Source: an uncultured Lachnospiraceae bacterium (GTDB lineage Bacteria > Bacillota > Clostridia > Lachnospirales > Lachnospiraceae). From it: DNA of 64,000 nt. Each line of letters opens with the position of its first letter. The first letter of the stretch is position 1. Below the pieces are notes generated by a model. The model saw only the letters and a list, made by a program, of their open reading frames with translations. It made no database searches and was not told the origin of the DNA. Both the position numbers and the translations under genes were made by a program. The stretch is taken from positions 4,914 to 68,913 of the forward strand of contig CANPXP010000005.1 of the NCBI GenBank assembly GCA_947586255.1, given 5' to 3'. This document shows, piece by piece, positions 7,146 to 17,812 of this stretch.

Positions 7146-7985
7146 ATGAAAGTTTCTAAGAGAGATGTCTATATTTTGCTTATATTAGTCGGGGTATTGG
7201 TGGTGGTTGCGGCCTATTTCCTCGTGTATCAGCCCAACATGGAGTCCGCTGAGGCGCTGGAGGCGGAAAACCTGCAGCTGCAGCAGAGAATAGCGGACTT
7301 GAGCGGCAAGATGGAAAACAAAGATTCCTACGTGGAAGAGACGGCGGCGATGAATGAGGAGATGGACGCGATTCTCAAGCAGTTTCCGGTCGATGTGCGC
7401 GAGGAGGACGGCGTGCTGCTCGCCATCAATCAGGAGCTGATCGCGCCGATGGTGATTGACAGCGTCGGCATCACGGCGAGCGAGCCGACGGTGCTGCCCG
7501 ACGCCGAGGACGAGGACGTGGATCACACCTATGAGATCGACGAAATTGAGGAGTATGAGGCCCAGGAGGGCATCGCGGACGAGGCAGAGCAGGCGGCGGA
7601 TGCCGAGGCGGGCGGTGCGGCCGGCGAGGCGCCCTATGTGCTTATGCAGCGCAGCGTGACGATGAACTATCTGGTGTCCTATGACGGCCTGAAGCGCGGT
7701 ATCAAGAATATCAGCGCGCAGGACAACCGCATGAGCATCGATAATCTGACTGTTTCTTACGACGAGTCGACGGGACTCTTAAACGGCACGACGGTGGTCG
7801 ATATGTACTGCATACCGGGTCAGGATAAGGAGTATGTACAGCCGAACTTCTCCTCCGTTCTGCTGGGTTCCGACAATATCTTCGGTTCACTGGAAACCTA
7901 TGGAATCGGACAGCTTGACATCGGCGAGAGCGCGGCCGAAGGCGAAGAAGCCGAGGGCGAAGAGGCTGAAGAAGCCGGGAATTAG
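7146..7985 (+). CDS. PilO-like pilus assembly protein
   Basis: SKRD..IL TM anchor plus coiled coil; follows pilMN. Confidence 0.7.
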   Translation: MKVSKRDVYILLILVGVLVVVAAYFLVYQPNMESAEALEAENLQLQQRIADLSGKMENKDSYVEETAAMNEEMDAILKQFPVDVREEDGVLLAINQELIAPMVIDSVGITASEPTVLPDAEDEDVDHTYEIDEIEEYEAQEGIADEAEQAADAEAGGAAGEAPYVLMQRSVTMNYLVSYDGLKRGIKNISAQDNRMSIDNLTVSYDESTGLLNGTTVVDMYCIPGQDKEYVQPNFSSVLLGSDNIFGSLETYGIGQLDIGESAAEGEEAEGEEAEEAGN

Positions 7986-8019
7986 AATTGCGTGAGAAAA
8001 GCAATAATGGGGAAAGTAT

Positions 8020-9675
8020 ATGAGAGCGGATCGGATGAGACGGGAAGGACAACTGCATAGAAGACGCGGAAAAGCGGCGGACGCGGGCTTTTCCCTGGTG
8101 GAACTTCTGATCGCGGTGACGATACTGGCGATCATCGTGATTCCGCTTTTGCACCTCTTCGTCACGTCAACGAGGATCAACGTGAAGTCCAGGCAGACGC
8201 TGCGGGCGACTACGGTGGCGCAGGATATCATGGAGGGCCTGAAGGCGTATACGCTGGAGGAAGTGCGGACACAGTTCAATACACAGGATGAGAACGGTAA
8301 GTTTGTGTTGGTAAATGGCAAGCACAATCCCGAGGATGGTTTCTATATCTTAAGCAGCGATATGATTCAGGACGGCGTGTGGGAGATCACAAATCTGGAG
8401 AAGGACAGGGATCCCGTGACAGGGGAACCGCTTAACCCTGACGATCCAGATAATGAGATCTATTATTTCGGCATCAGTGACTTAAAAATGCAGGGTGGCG
8501 AGTACGACGCCCTCATTAAGCTGGACGCCTCCACGTATACGGAAAAGAAGGCGAAGGACGGGGATATGGTTGCGGGTAAGGCTGACGTTTCAGACCAATC
8601 AGGGCATGACCGTTCCTTTAACGGCAAGTATTACGCGGACGTCATGAGCGTGTCGGAGACCAGCGGTAGCGCGGAGACGGACAGCAGTTACCATGAACCG
8701 GCGGATTTAAGCGATCGCTTGATGGCATATTTGGAAGAATTGATCAAAGACAAATACGCAGTCGCCGGAAAAGAATTCTCGCAGGAAGATTGGGATAAGG
8801 AAAATATCGGTACGCTTGTGCAAAAGCGCACGATCAGGGTTGAGTTCGCTCCAGGAAAAGAAGAGTCAGGAGTTGCTGAAGCTGATACAAAATGTCAGGC
8901 TAAGATCAAAATTCAATATGAATGTGAGTATGACGGAGAGAGCTACAAAATAAGTTATGGTACGGAAGGCTTTGGCGACGACGATAAGGTGACAGGTATT
9001 CCGCGTACCTTTACAAGCGGCAATTTTTATTTGTTTTATTATCCGATTTATCACCCTACTTATGACAGTGATCCTGACAAGATCGGTGACTGCATTGAAT
9101 TTGCGGTTATGGAGAAGGATGCGTCTGCGCTTTTTTCCGATACAGAGCCGCTGCTGCGTTCGGTTACGCTGGCAAAGCAGGTCAGCGCAGATATAGAACA
9201 ATCGAAAAGTGATGAAAAGCAGCAGGTGTTTGTACCTAAGCTGGAGAATTTATATGAGTTGGAACGCGATTATCACGCGAAAGTTGTATTTGGTACATAT
9301 CCTGAAGGTTCTTCAGGAAAAAGTTTAGTAGAGAATGAAGATATGATAAAAAAATTGACATATCGTTATAATGTTGACACGAATCTGGCGACACAAGATA
9401 AGAGCGGCAGAAAGTTGACTCCCGAGGAACGAGAGCTTGAAAATATTGCACAAGTGAATCCTCCGGATAATGATATAAGCTTGACCGGAGAGGACATGGT
9501 TGCAAGCAAAACAACGAACGTGATCTACGATATCGAAATCACGGTTTTTGAGAAGGGCGCGGCTGACAAGTTTGCGGGAATTCCGACGGGATCGGGAGTC
9601 ACGCAGGAAGCGCTGGAGCAGTATTACAGCGACAATGACATGCACAGACTCGCGACAATCACGAACCTGAACTGA
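8020..9675 (+). CDS. large minor pilin (PilV-like N-terminus)
   Basis: AG|FSLVELLIAVTILAII; ATTVAQDIMEGLK. Confidence 0.85.
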   Translation: MRADRMRREGQLHRRRGKAADAGFSLVELLIAVTILAIIVIPLLHLFVTSTRINVKSRQTLRATTVAQDIMEGLKAYTLEEVRTQFNTQDENGKFVLVNGKHNPEDGFYILSSDMIQDGVWEITNLEKDRDPVTGEPLNPDDPDNEIYYFGISDLKMQGGEYDALIKLDASTYTEKKAKDGDMVAGKADVSDQSGHDRSFNGKYYADVMSVSETSGSAETDSSYHEPADLSDRLMAYLEELIKDKYAVAGKEFSQEDWDKENIGTLVQKRTIRVEFAPGKEESGVAEADTKCQAKIKIQYECEYDGESYKISYGTEGFGDDDKVTGIPRTFTSGNFYLFYYPIYHPTYDSDPDKIGDCIEFAVMEKDASALFSDTEPLLRSVTLAKQVSADIEQSKSDEKQQVFVPKLENLYELERDYHAKVVFGTYPEGSSGKSLVENEDMIKKLTYRYNVDTNLATQDKSGRKLTPEERELENIAQVNPPDNDISLTGEDMVASKTTNVIYDIEITVFEKGAADKFAGIPTGSGVTQEALEQYYSDNDMHRLATITNLN

Positions 9676-9739
9676 TCAGTCAGAATTGTCTGAGAACTGT
9701 TTTGCAGAGTGTTTAACGGAAAAAGCCGGGAGGCGGATG

Positions 9740-12436
9740 ATGAGAAACGCAGAGACGGGCGGGCGAAGAGCCCGGCGGGGACAACTGAAGAGAGACAACA
9801 GAGGTTCGGCGATCGTCATCGTCATTATTGCGATGGCGATGATCGGCATACTCGCCTCCACGATTCTGTGGGCTTCCTACCTGAATTATCGCATCAAGAT
9901 CAGCGACCTGAAGGTGAAGAACAGCTTTTACTCCGCGGAGACGGTGGTGGAGCAGATTCTGGCGGGTGTGAAGAAGGACGTCGTGTCTGCCTCCGTCAAT
10001 GAGGCGTACCAGGAGGTTGTGAGCAACTGGGACGCGCTGGCGACGGACGCCAACAGGGAGAGCTATTTTATCACGGCATACACGAAGGCGGTGGAAGAGA
10101 AACTGCACGTCGCCGGCAACGTGTATGATAAGGATGTGCTCAAGGGTTTTGTGGACGAGGAATTCTGGAAAGAACCGACGGGCGGCGCGACCACCACAAC
10201 TACGGGCTATATTGTCAATAAACCCTGGGATGACGCCGTGCCGACCTTTAAGAGTTTTGCGGAGAACAGGCTGACGGATCCGACCTCCGGGACGATGACG
10301 ATCAAGAATATCTGCATTGAGTTCTACGACAGCGACGGGCTTCTGTCCGTCATCAACACGGACATCGCCATCGACGTGCCGAAGCTGCTCTTCACGCAGG
10401 CGGGCACGATCGACCGGCTTTATCCCTATGTGCTGGTGGGCGACGACGGCATTGTGACGGAGGACGCCGCTTCGGTGAAAATCGACGGCAGCATTTACGG
10501 CGGCGCCTTTGAGGAGGACGGCACGGATGCGGCGAAACTGGCCGACGGAAAGGACGGCATCCAGATCGGCAAGAACAGCCATGTGACGGTGGAAAATGCG
10601 AATTACGTCATATCCGGCGGGGATATCGTGGTCGGCAACGGCCAGAATTTCGTGAACCTGATTAATCAGGACGCGGCGCTCGTCGTCCGTGACCTGATCT
10701 CCGACGGCGTGGGTTTTCGGACTAATGTGTACACGCAAGGGCTTGCGGTAAACGGCAGCCATCTCGATATATCGGGCAAGGTTTTTGCATCCAATGATCT
10801 GATCCTGTCCGGACAGAGCAGCAAAGTGTCGCTGGCGGGACAGTATTTCGGCTACGGCAGCCAGACGGGCAATACGATGACGGGCGACGCGAAGAATCCC
10901 GACGGAACGCCCAAGCTGGACGGCGACGGCAATCAGGTACAGGAAAACGTCAATCCGGCGCAGGCGAGCAGCGCCATCGTCATCAACGGCAAGGATTCCA
11001 CGGTGGATCTGACCGGACTTACCACGCTGCAGCTGGCGGGGCGCGCCTATGTGAGTCTTACGGACAGCGAGGAGGAGAACGGACTGCCCCACGTGTTGAT
11101 GGGTGAATCCATCTCCGTCAAGAGCAATCAGATCGCCTATCTGGTGCCGCCGGAGTGCGTCGGCACGCTGGACGGCAAGACCGTCATCGGGCAGAATCCG
11201 GTGTCTTTCAGCACATGGGGTGAGATGATGCAGAGCCTGCCGGACTATCAGGCGGATGGGCGCGATTTCCGCATTGTGAACGCGGATATCAAGGCGGCCA
11301 AGCTGGGCGGCAGCAGTCTGGTTCAATTCGGTATCGGCGATATCAAAGCGGAGGACTTCGACGGCGTCGATACGTCGAACGGCCCGGAACTCATGAAGAC
11401 CCTCAACGCGAAGGCGGCGGCGAGGGGAGTGCGTTTCCTCTATCTGCCCGAAAAACAACAGGTGTATTTATATCTCGTGATGGACGCGTCCAATGCGGAG
11501 AGATATTTTACGGCATATTATAACGTGAACAGCAACAAGGCGAGTCTGGACTCTTACTTCAATACATATGCTTCCGGCGGTATCAGACTGAGGGAAAACG
11601 TGCAGGGATACACGGTAGTGGGTAACAGCATGGTTTCTCTGACCGACGCCGGCAACAACGACGAGATCAGGACGAACGCGGACGGCGACAAGCTGGTGCG
11701 GCTTCTGTCCAGCGTGCAGCCTGCGGCGGACGAAGAGGAAGGCGAAGAGGGCGAGGGGGAGGCCGGAGACGGCAAGGAAGAAACCACAGATCCCGACGCC
11801 TACACGGAGGTGTCCGACAATCTCACGGACACGGAGAATGTAAAGACGCAGGCGGAACTGGAAACTCTGATCGCGAACTGCGGCACGGTCTATGAGAATC
11901 TGAACCGGAACCTGATGGAGGACGACGACCCGAGCGCGCATGCGAGTACGGTGTTTGAGAATATCGTGCAGCTGGAGGATCCGGCGCCCGGCGTGGACGG
12001 GACCATGGAGCACCAGGGGCTGAAAAACTATCTGGCGGGCAAGACCGGCAGAAAGGCCGAGTTCGGTACGGAGGGCAAAGTGGAAGCCGTACTTGTGGAC
12101 GGCGACTACGCGGTGCATGACTCCAATCTGCGGCTCGTCATCGCCACGGGCGACGTGAGCGTGGAGCAGAATTTTCAGGGACTGATCCTCGCGGGCGGCA
12201 CGATCACCGTCAAGTCCGGTTGTTCAGCCTGCATGAAGGACGGCGAGGGTGTCTACAGCGCGCTGCAGGCGAAATGTCTTGACGATGACACTGACACGAA
12301 CGTGCCGGCCAATATTCTGGTCGGCGGCTCCGGCATGGTGCTGAACGGCTATGAGAGCGCGGAGACCGATGACGTCGGCAATCTGGCGATAGACTATTCG
12401 GAGATTGTGAGATATGAGAACTGGATTAAGAAGTAA
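9740..12436 (+). CDS. PilX-like large minor pilin
   Basis: RG|SAIVIVIIAM lacking E5, NSFYSAE motif; GGAGG RBS at 9729. Confidence 0.8.
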   Translation: MRNAETGGRRARRGQLKRDNRGSAIVIVIIAMAMIGILASTILWASYLNYRIKISDLKVKNSFYSAETVVEQILAGVKKDVVSASVNEAYQEVVSNWDALATDANRESYFITAYTKAVEEKLHVAGNVYDKDVLKGFVDEEFWKEPTGGATTTTTGYIVNKPWDDAVPTFKSFAENRLTDPTSGTMTIKNICIEFYDSDGLLSVINTDIAIDVPKLLFTQAGTIDRLYPYVLVGDDGIVTEDAASVKIDGSIYGGAFEEDGTDAAKLADGKDGIQIGKNSHVTVENANYVISGGDIVVGNGQNFVNLINQDAALVVRDLISDGVGFRTNVYTQGLAVNGSHLDISGKVFASNDLILSGQSSKVSLAGQYFGYGSQTGNTMTGDAKNPDGTPKLDGDGNQVQENVNPAQASSAIVINGKDSTVDLTGLTTLQLAGRAYVSLTDSEEENGLPHVLMGESISVKSNQIAYLVPPECVGTLDGKTVIGQNPVSFSTWGEMMQSLPDYQADGRDFRIVNADIKAAKLGGSSLVQFGIGDIKAEDFDGVDTSNGPELMKTLNAKAAARGVRFLYLPEKQQVYLYLVMDASNAERYFTAYYNVNSNKASLDSYFNTYASGGIRLRENVQGYTVVGNSMVSLTDAGNNDEIRTNADGDKLVRLLSSVQPAADEEEGEEGEGEAGDGKEETTDPDAYTEVSDNLTDTENVKTQAELETLIANCGTVYENLNRNLMEDDDPSAHASTVFENIVQLEDPAPGVDGTMEHQGLKNYLAGKTGRKAEFGTEGKVEAVLVDGDYAVHDSNLRLVIATGDVSVEQNFQGLILAGGTITVKSGCSACMKDGEGVYSALQAKCLDDDTDTNVPANILVGGSGMVLNGYESAETDDVGNLAIDYSEIVRYENWIKK

Positions 12437-13001
12437 ATTTTTAAAAAATAACAGAGGTTATTCTCTCGTGGAGCTGATTATCGTGATCGCGATCATCGCC
12501 GTGGTCGGTCTGGGCGCTACTTGGTCCATCATACTGATTTTCAGCGCCAACGCCAAGACCTGCGCCAACGATATCGTAGGCGCGATCTCCGAGTGCAAGA
12601 TCGAGACCATGAGCAAGGGGCAGGGCAATGTCAAATTGAAAATTTACCGCGACGGTGCGGGCGGAACGATCTATAGCGAACTGCTCTTCAAGGACGCTTC
12701 GGATAAATGGACTTTCAAGAACGGCAGTCTTGCTGATACCGATTACGCCAGTGAGCGGGAGAAGATCGGCGCCAGCCGGTGCAGTGTTGGCACGGCAGAC
12801 GGCGCGGACGATATTCCCACGAGCCGCGAGACGGCCTGGGAGATCTATTTTAACAGGAGCACGGGCTCCTTTGCGGACGGGTCTGACGGCGCGACGACAC
12901 AGGCGCTTCTGGACAACGGAATCTATGTGATGGGCGGCAGCAAGAAGTATTATATCAAGTTGGAGAAGCTGACCGGCAAGACGACGAAGGAATTGCAATA
13001 A
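12414..13001 (+). CDS. minor pilin (prepilin-type cleavage/methylation domain)
   Basis: RG|YSLVELIIVIAIIAV. Confidence 0.85.
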   Translation: MRTGLRSKFLKNNRGYSLVELIIVIAIIAVVGLGATWSIILIFSANAKTCANDIVGAISECKIETMSKGQGNVKLKIYRDGAGGTIYSELLFKDASDKWTFKNGSLADTDYASEREKIGASRCSVGTADGADDIPTSRETAWEIYFNRSTGSFADGSDGATTQALLDNGIYVMGGSKKYYIKLEKLTGKTTKELQ

Positions 13002-13032
13002 TAGGAAAATGTGACATATTTGGTGAAAGACA

Positions 13033-14421
13033 ATGACGACAGAATTTATGAAGGAATTGCTTTCTAAAGATGAAAAAATTACGGTAGAATATAAGTTGTG
13101 TCAGCATGGCATCCAAAATGATGTATATGAGACGGTGTGTTCTTTTTCCAACAGATACGGCGGCTATATTATCATGGGTGTGGAGAATGACGGAACACCT
13201 GTAGGAATCCGCCGGAATCTGGCGGGTGACATGAAAAAAAACTTCGTAAATGAACTTAACAACCCGAATAAGATGTCGCCGACGCTGTATTTGTCCATAG
13301 AAGAGTTTATATATGAGGAAAAGCTGTTGCTGTGGGTATATGTGCCGCCCACCTCTACGGTAGTAAAATGCAGCGGGCGGATTTATGATCGCAATGAGGA
13401 CGGCGACATGGATATCACGGATTCGCCAATTCAATTGCAGAATATGTATAACCGCAAGAGCGGCACCTATGCGGAACACAAAATTTTCCCTTACGTCACG
13501 ACGGATGATCTGCGCATGGATCTGATGTGCAGAGTGCGCAAGCTGGCCAGAAGCAAGGATCAGGATCATCCGTGGCTGGAGATGTCGGATGAGGAGATCC
13601 TGCGGAGTGCAGGATTGTGGGAAAAAGATTTTTCCTCGGGAATACAGGGCTACAATTTGGCCGGAGTGCTGCTCCTTGGCAAAGATGAGGTTATACGCTC
13701 CTGCTGCCCTGGTTACATAACGGATGCTATCTATAGAGTTGACAATGTGGACAGATATGACGACAGGCTGCAGGTGGCGACCAACCTGATCGAATCCTAC
13801 GATCTTCTGATGGCATTTGTGGCCAAACACACCTCGGATAAATTCTGCCTGATCAATAATGTGAATACCAGCATCAGAGGCATTATCGCCAGAGAAGTGA
13901 TTGCCAATATACTGGTTCACAGAGATTACGGCAGTGCCTATCCGGCGAAAGTCATCATTGAAAAGAACTGGCTGAGAACGGAAAACTGGTGTATTCCGAG
14001 ACGGCATGGAAACATTATGAGCGACGAATTTACGCCCTATCCCAAAAATCCGCTGATTCAGCAGTTTTTTGCAAATATAGGAAGGACGGAGACGATTGGC
14101 TCGGGCGTGAGAAACTTGTATAAATACACGCCGATTTATTCGGACGGCGGGAAACCTGAACTGGTGGAGGATGATGTGTTCAGGATCACAATCCCCCTGA
14201 ACCGGGCGGCAGTGGATGAGGCGAATGCGCAGGGCACATTGTCAGACCGGGAGCAGCAGATTTACGATATGATCTGTGAAAATCGGCATCTGTCGGTGGA
14301 ACAGGTCATGGCAGAATTGGATATTTCCAGAGCGGCAGTGTTCGGCATATATGGAAAGATTAAGAGAGTTACCGGTGCGGTGTATGATGAGAAAGCGGCG
14401 GCATGGGTGCTGCCGCAGTGA
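13033..14421 (+). CDS. Schlafen/AlbA_2 domain + HATPase_c_4 + C-terminal HTH protein
   Basis: E..TVEYK...SFSNRYGGYIIMGVEND; REVIANILVHRDY; PKNPLI..GRTETIGSG; lower GC than the flanks. Confidence 0.85.
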   Translation: MTTEFMKELLSKDEKITVEYKLCQHGIQNDVYETVCSFSNRYGGYIIMGVENDGTPVGIRRNLAGDMKKNFVNELNNPNKMSPTLYLSIEEFIYEEKLLLWVYVPPTSTVVKCSGRIYDRNEDGDMDITDSPIQLQNMYNRKSGTYAEHKIFPYVTTDDLRMDLMCRVRKLARSKDQDHPWLEMSDEEILRSAGLWEKDFSSGIQGYNLAGVLLLGKDEVIRSCCPGYITDAIYRVDNVDRYDDRLQVATNLIESYDLLMAFVAKHTSDKFCLINNVNTSIRGIIAREVIANILVHRDYGSAYPAKVIIEKNWLRTENWCIPRRHGNIMSDEFTPYPKNPLIQQFFANIGRTETIGSGVRNLYKYTPIYSDGGKPELVEDDVFRITIPLNRAAVDEANAQGTLSDREQQIYDMICENRHLSVEQVMAELDISRAAVFGIYGKIKRVTGAVYDEKAAAWVLPQ

Positions 14422-14440
14422 GCGCAGGGAAAGGATGCGG

Positions 14441-17400
14441 ATGATGAAAAGAGATCATAAAGGCTTTACCATAGTGGAATTGATCATAGCCGTGGCGATT
14501 CTCGCAATCGTGACGCTTGCCGTGTGCGGCTTTATATTGGTGGGCTCGAAAAGCTACACCAGCGCGAACACGGACATCATGCTGCAGCAGGACGCGCAGC
14601 TCGCCTTGAACCAGATCTCCGACGTCATCATCGACACCACCGACAGCATCAACTACAGAGTGGGGACAGGAGCAGAAGAAGACAAGTCTGAACTTGTGCT
14701 CAAAGATTCCGAGTACAGCGGCGAGGCGACCTACAAGAGTCTGGTCGTGGTGAACCGAGGCAACGAGGACAGCAACAACAATAACGAGTGTTACAGATTT
14801 GACTGGGATAAGGGCACGGAGACAATCTATTTCAATCAGGCCGATGTGGCACTGACGGCTACCATGACGGACGAAGAGGTGGAGGATGCCGTCAACGCAG
14901 AGTTCACGGCCAATGAAGGGAATAAAGCGATTCTGGCGCAGCATGTGACGGAGCTCAGCATCGATTTGAGCCAGTTTGAGGAGAACCGCGTGGTTATGAT
15001 CGCCATGACCTTTGAGAACGGCGGCAGACAGTACGCGACGTCCAACAATGTCACCGTGCGCAACCGGATTGCCATCAACGCGATCGAGGTCGATCCGATG
15101 AAGATCGCGGATGAGTTCTTGATCACGAATCTGAGTTCCGTGACGCTGGAGCCGGGGGATGAATATACCTTCGAGGCCCATGTGGATACAAAGTCCGACG
15201 ATAAAGACCTGAAGTGGGAGCTGGTGGGTAATTCGGACAGCGGAACAACTGTTACGCCTGCAGGCACGGAAGACGGCGGTAAGATTGCGAAATGTACGCT
15301 GCACGTAGGAATCAAGGAGACGAGTTCGAACTTTGGCGTCAAGGTATCCCGCGCCGTCGAAGAATACAACGGTCAAAATAACCGTGTTGCGGTGACCGCA
15401 CAGGTCAATATGAAGCGCGTCAATGCGGTCAATATTTCGGGAGATGCCAGCGCCAAGCAGGGCGAGACGGTGGAGCTGACGGGCTCGGCGGCCGGCCCCA
15501 AGCTGGGGCTGCTCTGCAACGCCGACGCCTGCCAGGGTGATGACTTGACTGCAGATCATGATCTGATTCCTTCTCGCTGGGAGGTGGTGAGCGGCAAGGC
15601 GACCATCGCGAACCCTACAAAGGACGGCGCCGAGGTAATCATAGCCGCTGACGCGGCTGCGGGTGAGGATATCGTCGTGCGCGCCTACTCGCAGCTCTCC
15701 GCCACTAAAAACGGCGGCTACGGTATCGCGGATCAGGGATGGAGCGCGCCGATCTACGGAGAGTGGAGTATTCATGTGGAGCAGGGAGTTGAGGGGGATG
15801 CGCCGCTGAGGTCGGATTTCAAGTTCGGCACGGATAACGATGAAGAGAACGGCATGATTCTGGATTATATGTACAGCGGGCTGCACGACGCCGGCGAGTA
15901 TGTGATGTGCGTACGTGTCCGGGAGATGAACAGTTCGAATAAGGACAATGACCAGGTCATTCTTTACTATTCCAATGTCGGCAAGAATCTGCGTTTTTAT
16001 CCCGATATGTTCGGGCTGGAGTTGAACAGGCAGTATAAGGTATATATGCAGGTACTCGTGCCTGTTCCGGAGGAGATTATTCTGGCGGACGGCGGCAATG
16101 TGCTGAATGAACGGATCCATAAATATGATGACGATATTATTACAGAGTACAATGCCCATCTGAACTCGATGGGTAAGTACGTCGGTACGAAATACCAAGC
16201 GAGTGTGCTTTACTATGGAACGCTTGCGCCGCCGGCCATCTCCATCGTGCTGAACGGTATCACCTATCCGAACGACAATAAGGATTATTATGAGTATTAC
16301 TCCCTGCTCTCCAATCAGCTGAGAGCGATGGAGAAGATCAGCCTCGGCACGATCCTGAACATCAAGGCGAATACGGTGGAAAGCGACAACATGGTTAAGT
16401 TTTCCATATACAAAGAGGAAAACGGGGGCAGAAGACTGGTCTGCGGATATAATCCCGAGACGATGCGGTATGAATTTGACAACAAATTCGGCAACGATAT
16501 GTTTACGATCAATACGGGCGGCAATCTGACAGGGGATCCGTTTATCCAGCGCGATATCAACAATCACAATATAAGCGGCGTGAGCGGCACCTACTATATC
16601 GTTCCGGGGTATGAGTACGCCAACAAGAAAAATCTGCGCAATTACAACTTTATCTGGGAACACAATCTGCGCAACGACTATGCGAATCACTATTATACGC
16701 AGGAGAACTGCACGATTACGTGGAAGATCATAAACGGAACCAACCTGCAGCTGCCGACCGTAAACGGCGAGACGCGATGGACGTATTTTGAACTTCCGTC
16801 AGATATCCGTTCCTTCCCGTTTGCACGCAGGGTCAGCTATCTGCAGACGCTGACCAGAGGATTCCAGGCATACTCGGAGTCGGGCAGCCAGAAGGAATGG
16901 CTGGGAGATCTGCAGGTTGATTGCCAATACGAGCCGGACAGCGGCACCTATAAGCTCTGGCTGTACAGGGTGGAGAGCGGAAACGCGCTTTCCTATAAGC
17001 GGTATGTGTATGGCAGATATAAGTGGAAGCCCGGACAGGATGAGTGGACGCCGGAACAGTTGGATTATGTGGAAAATGTGAATGTCAGCACGAATATGAC
17101 GTTTACCAAGGACGGAGATATCTACATGGCATATTTCCCGGCGTCGACAGATAAGGATTTCCCGTTTAGCGGAAGCGGCACAGAGACGACAAAGCAGTAC
17201 TGGTTGGAAGCTTATAACACGAATAAGGGTTATGAGAGGAGCAATCTGCTGGTTGATGTGACAAACGAGTCGGGCGCAGGCCCGGATGTCAAGATCAGCT
17301 TCAAGGAGATTGTGATGGCTGGAGACCATAAGCAAATCACTTATGATTTTGGCACATACACCTATAACAAGGATTCCGGAGAATGGAAGCATGAAGACGG

Positions 17401-17731
17401 AACAGGCGGCAGTGTGAATGTGGCGGCGGTATGGCGTAAGGGGAAAGTGACTTTTACTTACTATGATAAAAATAAGTATGTAATTGAGATTCCGCTTCCG
17501 AATGATAGCGACTTCCCGAAATTCAGCGGCACCTACACGACAACCAATCTGGTGTACTATAGTGTAGGTGATACCTACGGAGAGTATCCTCAGAACCCAT
17601 GGGGGAATTTGAAACTTACCTATGAGCAAACTTCTGACGGAAAGTATAAGGTTACGCTCGACAATGGATATGGCACTACATACGGTACCTGGACCCTGGC
17701 ATCCAACGCTGAGTCGTGGGTGTCGGAGTAG
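14441..17731 (+). CDS. giant minor pilin / adhesin (~1100 aa)
   Basis: KG|FTIVELIIAVAILAIV; AAGGA RBS before ATG14441/14444; beta-rich domains and three C-terminal repeats. Confidence 0.85.
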   Translation: MMKRDHKGFTIVELIIAVAILAIVTLAVCGFILVGSKSYTSANTDIMLQQDAQLALNQISDVIIDTTDSINYRVGTGAEEDKSELVLKDSEYSGEATYKSLVVVNRGNEDSNNNNECYRFDWDKGTETIYFNQADVALTATMTDEEVEDAVNAEFTANEGNKAILAQHVTELSIDLSQFEENRVVMIAMTFENGGRQYATSNNVTVRNRIAINAIEVDPMKIADEFLITNLSSVTLEPGDEYTFEAHVDTKSDDKDLKWELVGNSDSGTTVTPAGTEDGGKIAKCTLHVGIKETSSNFGVKVSRAVEEYNGQNNRVAVTAQVNMKRVNAVNISGDASAKQGETVELTGSAAGPKLGLLCNADACQGDDLTADHDLIPSRWEVVSGKATIANPTKDGAEVIIAADAAAGEDIVVRAYSQLSATKNGGYGIADQGWSAPIYGEWSIHVEQGVEGDAPLRSDFKFGTDNDEENGMILDYMYSGLHDAGEYVMCVRVREMNSSNKDNDQVILYYSNVGKNLRFYPDMFGLELNRQYKVYMQVLVPVPEEIILADGGNVLNERIHKYDDDIITEYNAHLNSMGKYVGTKYQASVLYYGTLAPPAISIVLNGITYPNDNKDYYEYYSLLSNQLRAMEKISLGTILNIKANTVESDNMVKFSIYKEENGGRRLVCGYNPETMRYEFDNKFGNDMFTINTGGNLTGDPFIQRDINNHNISGVSGTYYIVPGYEYANKKNLRNYNFIWEHNLRNDYANHYYTQENCTITWKIINGTNLQLPTVNGETRWTYFELPSDIRSFPFARRVSYLQTLTRGFQAYSESGSQKEWLGDLQVDCQYEPDSGTYKLWLYRVESGNALSYKRYVYGRYKWKPGQDEWTPEQLDYVENVNVSTNMTFTKDGDIYMAYFPASTDKDFPFSGSGTETTKQYWLEAYNTNKGYERSNLLVDVTNESGAGPDVKISFKEIVMAGDHKQITYDFGTYTYNKDSGEWKHEDGTGGSVNVAAVWRKGKVTFTYYDKNKYVIEIPLPNDSDFPKFSGTYTTTNLVYYSVGDTYGEYPQNPWGNLKLTYEQTSDGKYKVTLDNGYGTTYGTWTLASNAESWVSE

Positions 17732-17812
17732 CCGTCGACACCATAGACCCTCCCGCCTTGCGGCGCAGCTTAAGAAACACAAACCTTTTTACAATGTAAC
17801 GGGGCGATCAAT

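Noticed and set aside
14369-16690. Long minus-strand ORFs (this one and e.g. 9713-11458, 24689-26038, 55626-57368)
   Set aside because: Shadow ORFs of GC3-rich plus-strand genes; no RBS or recognisable motifs
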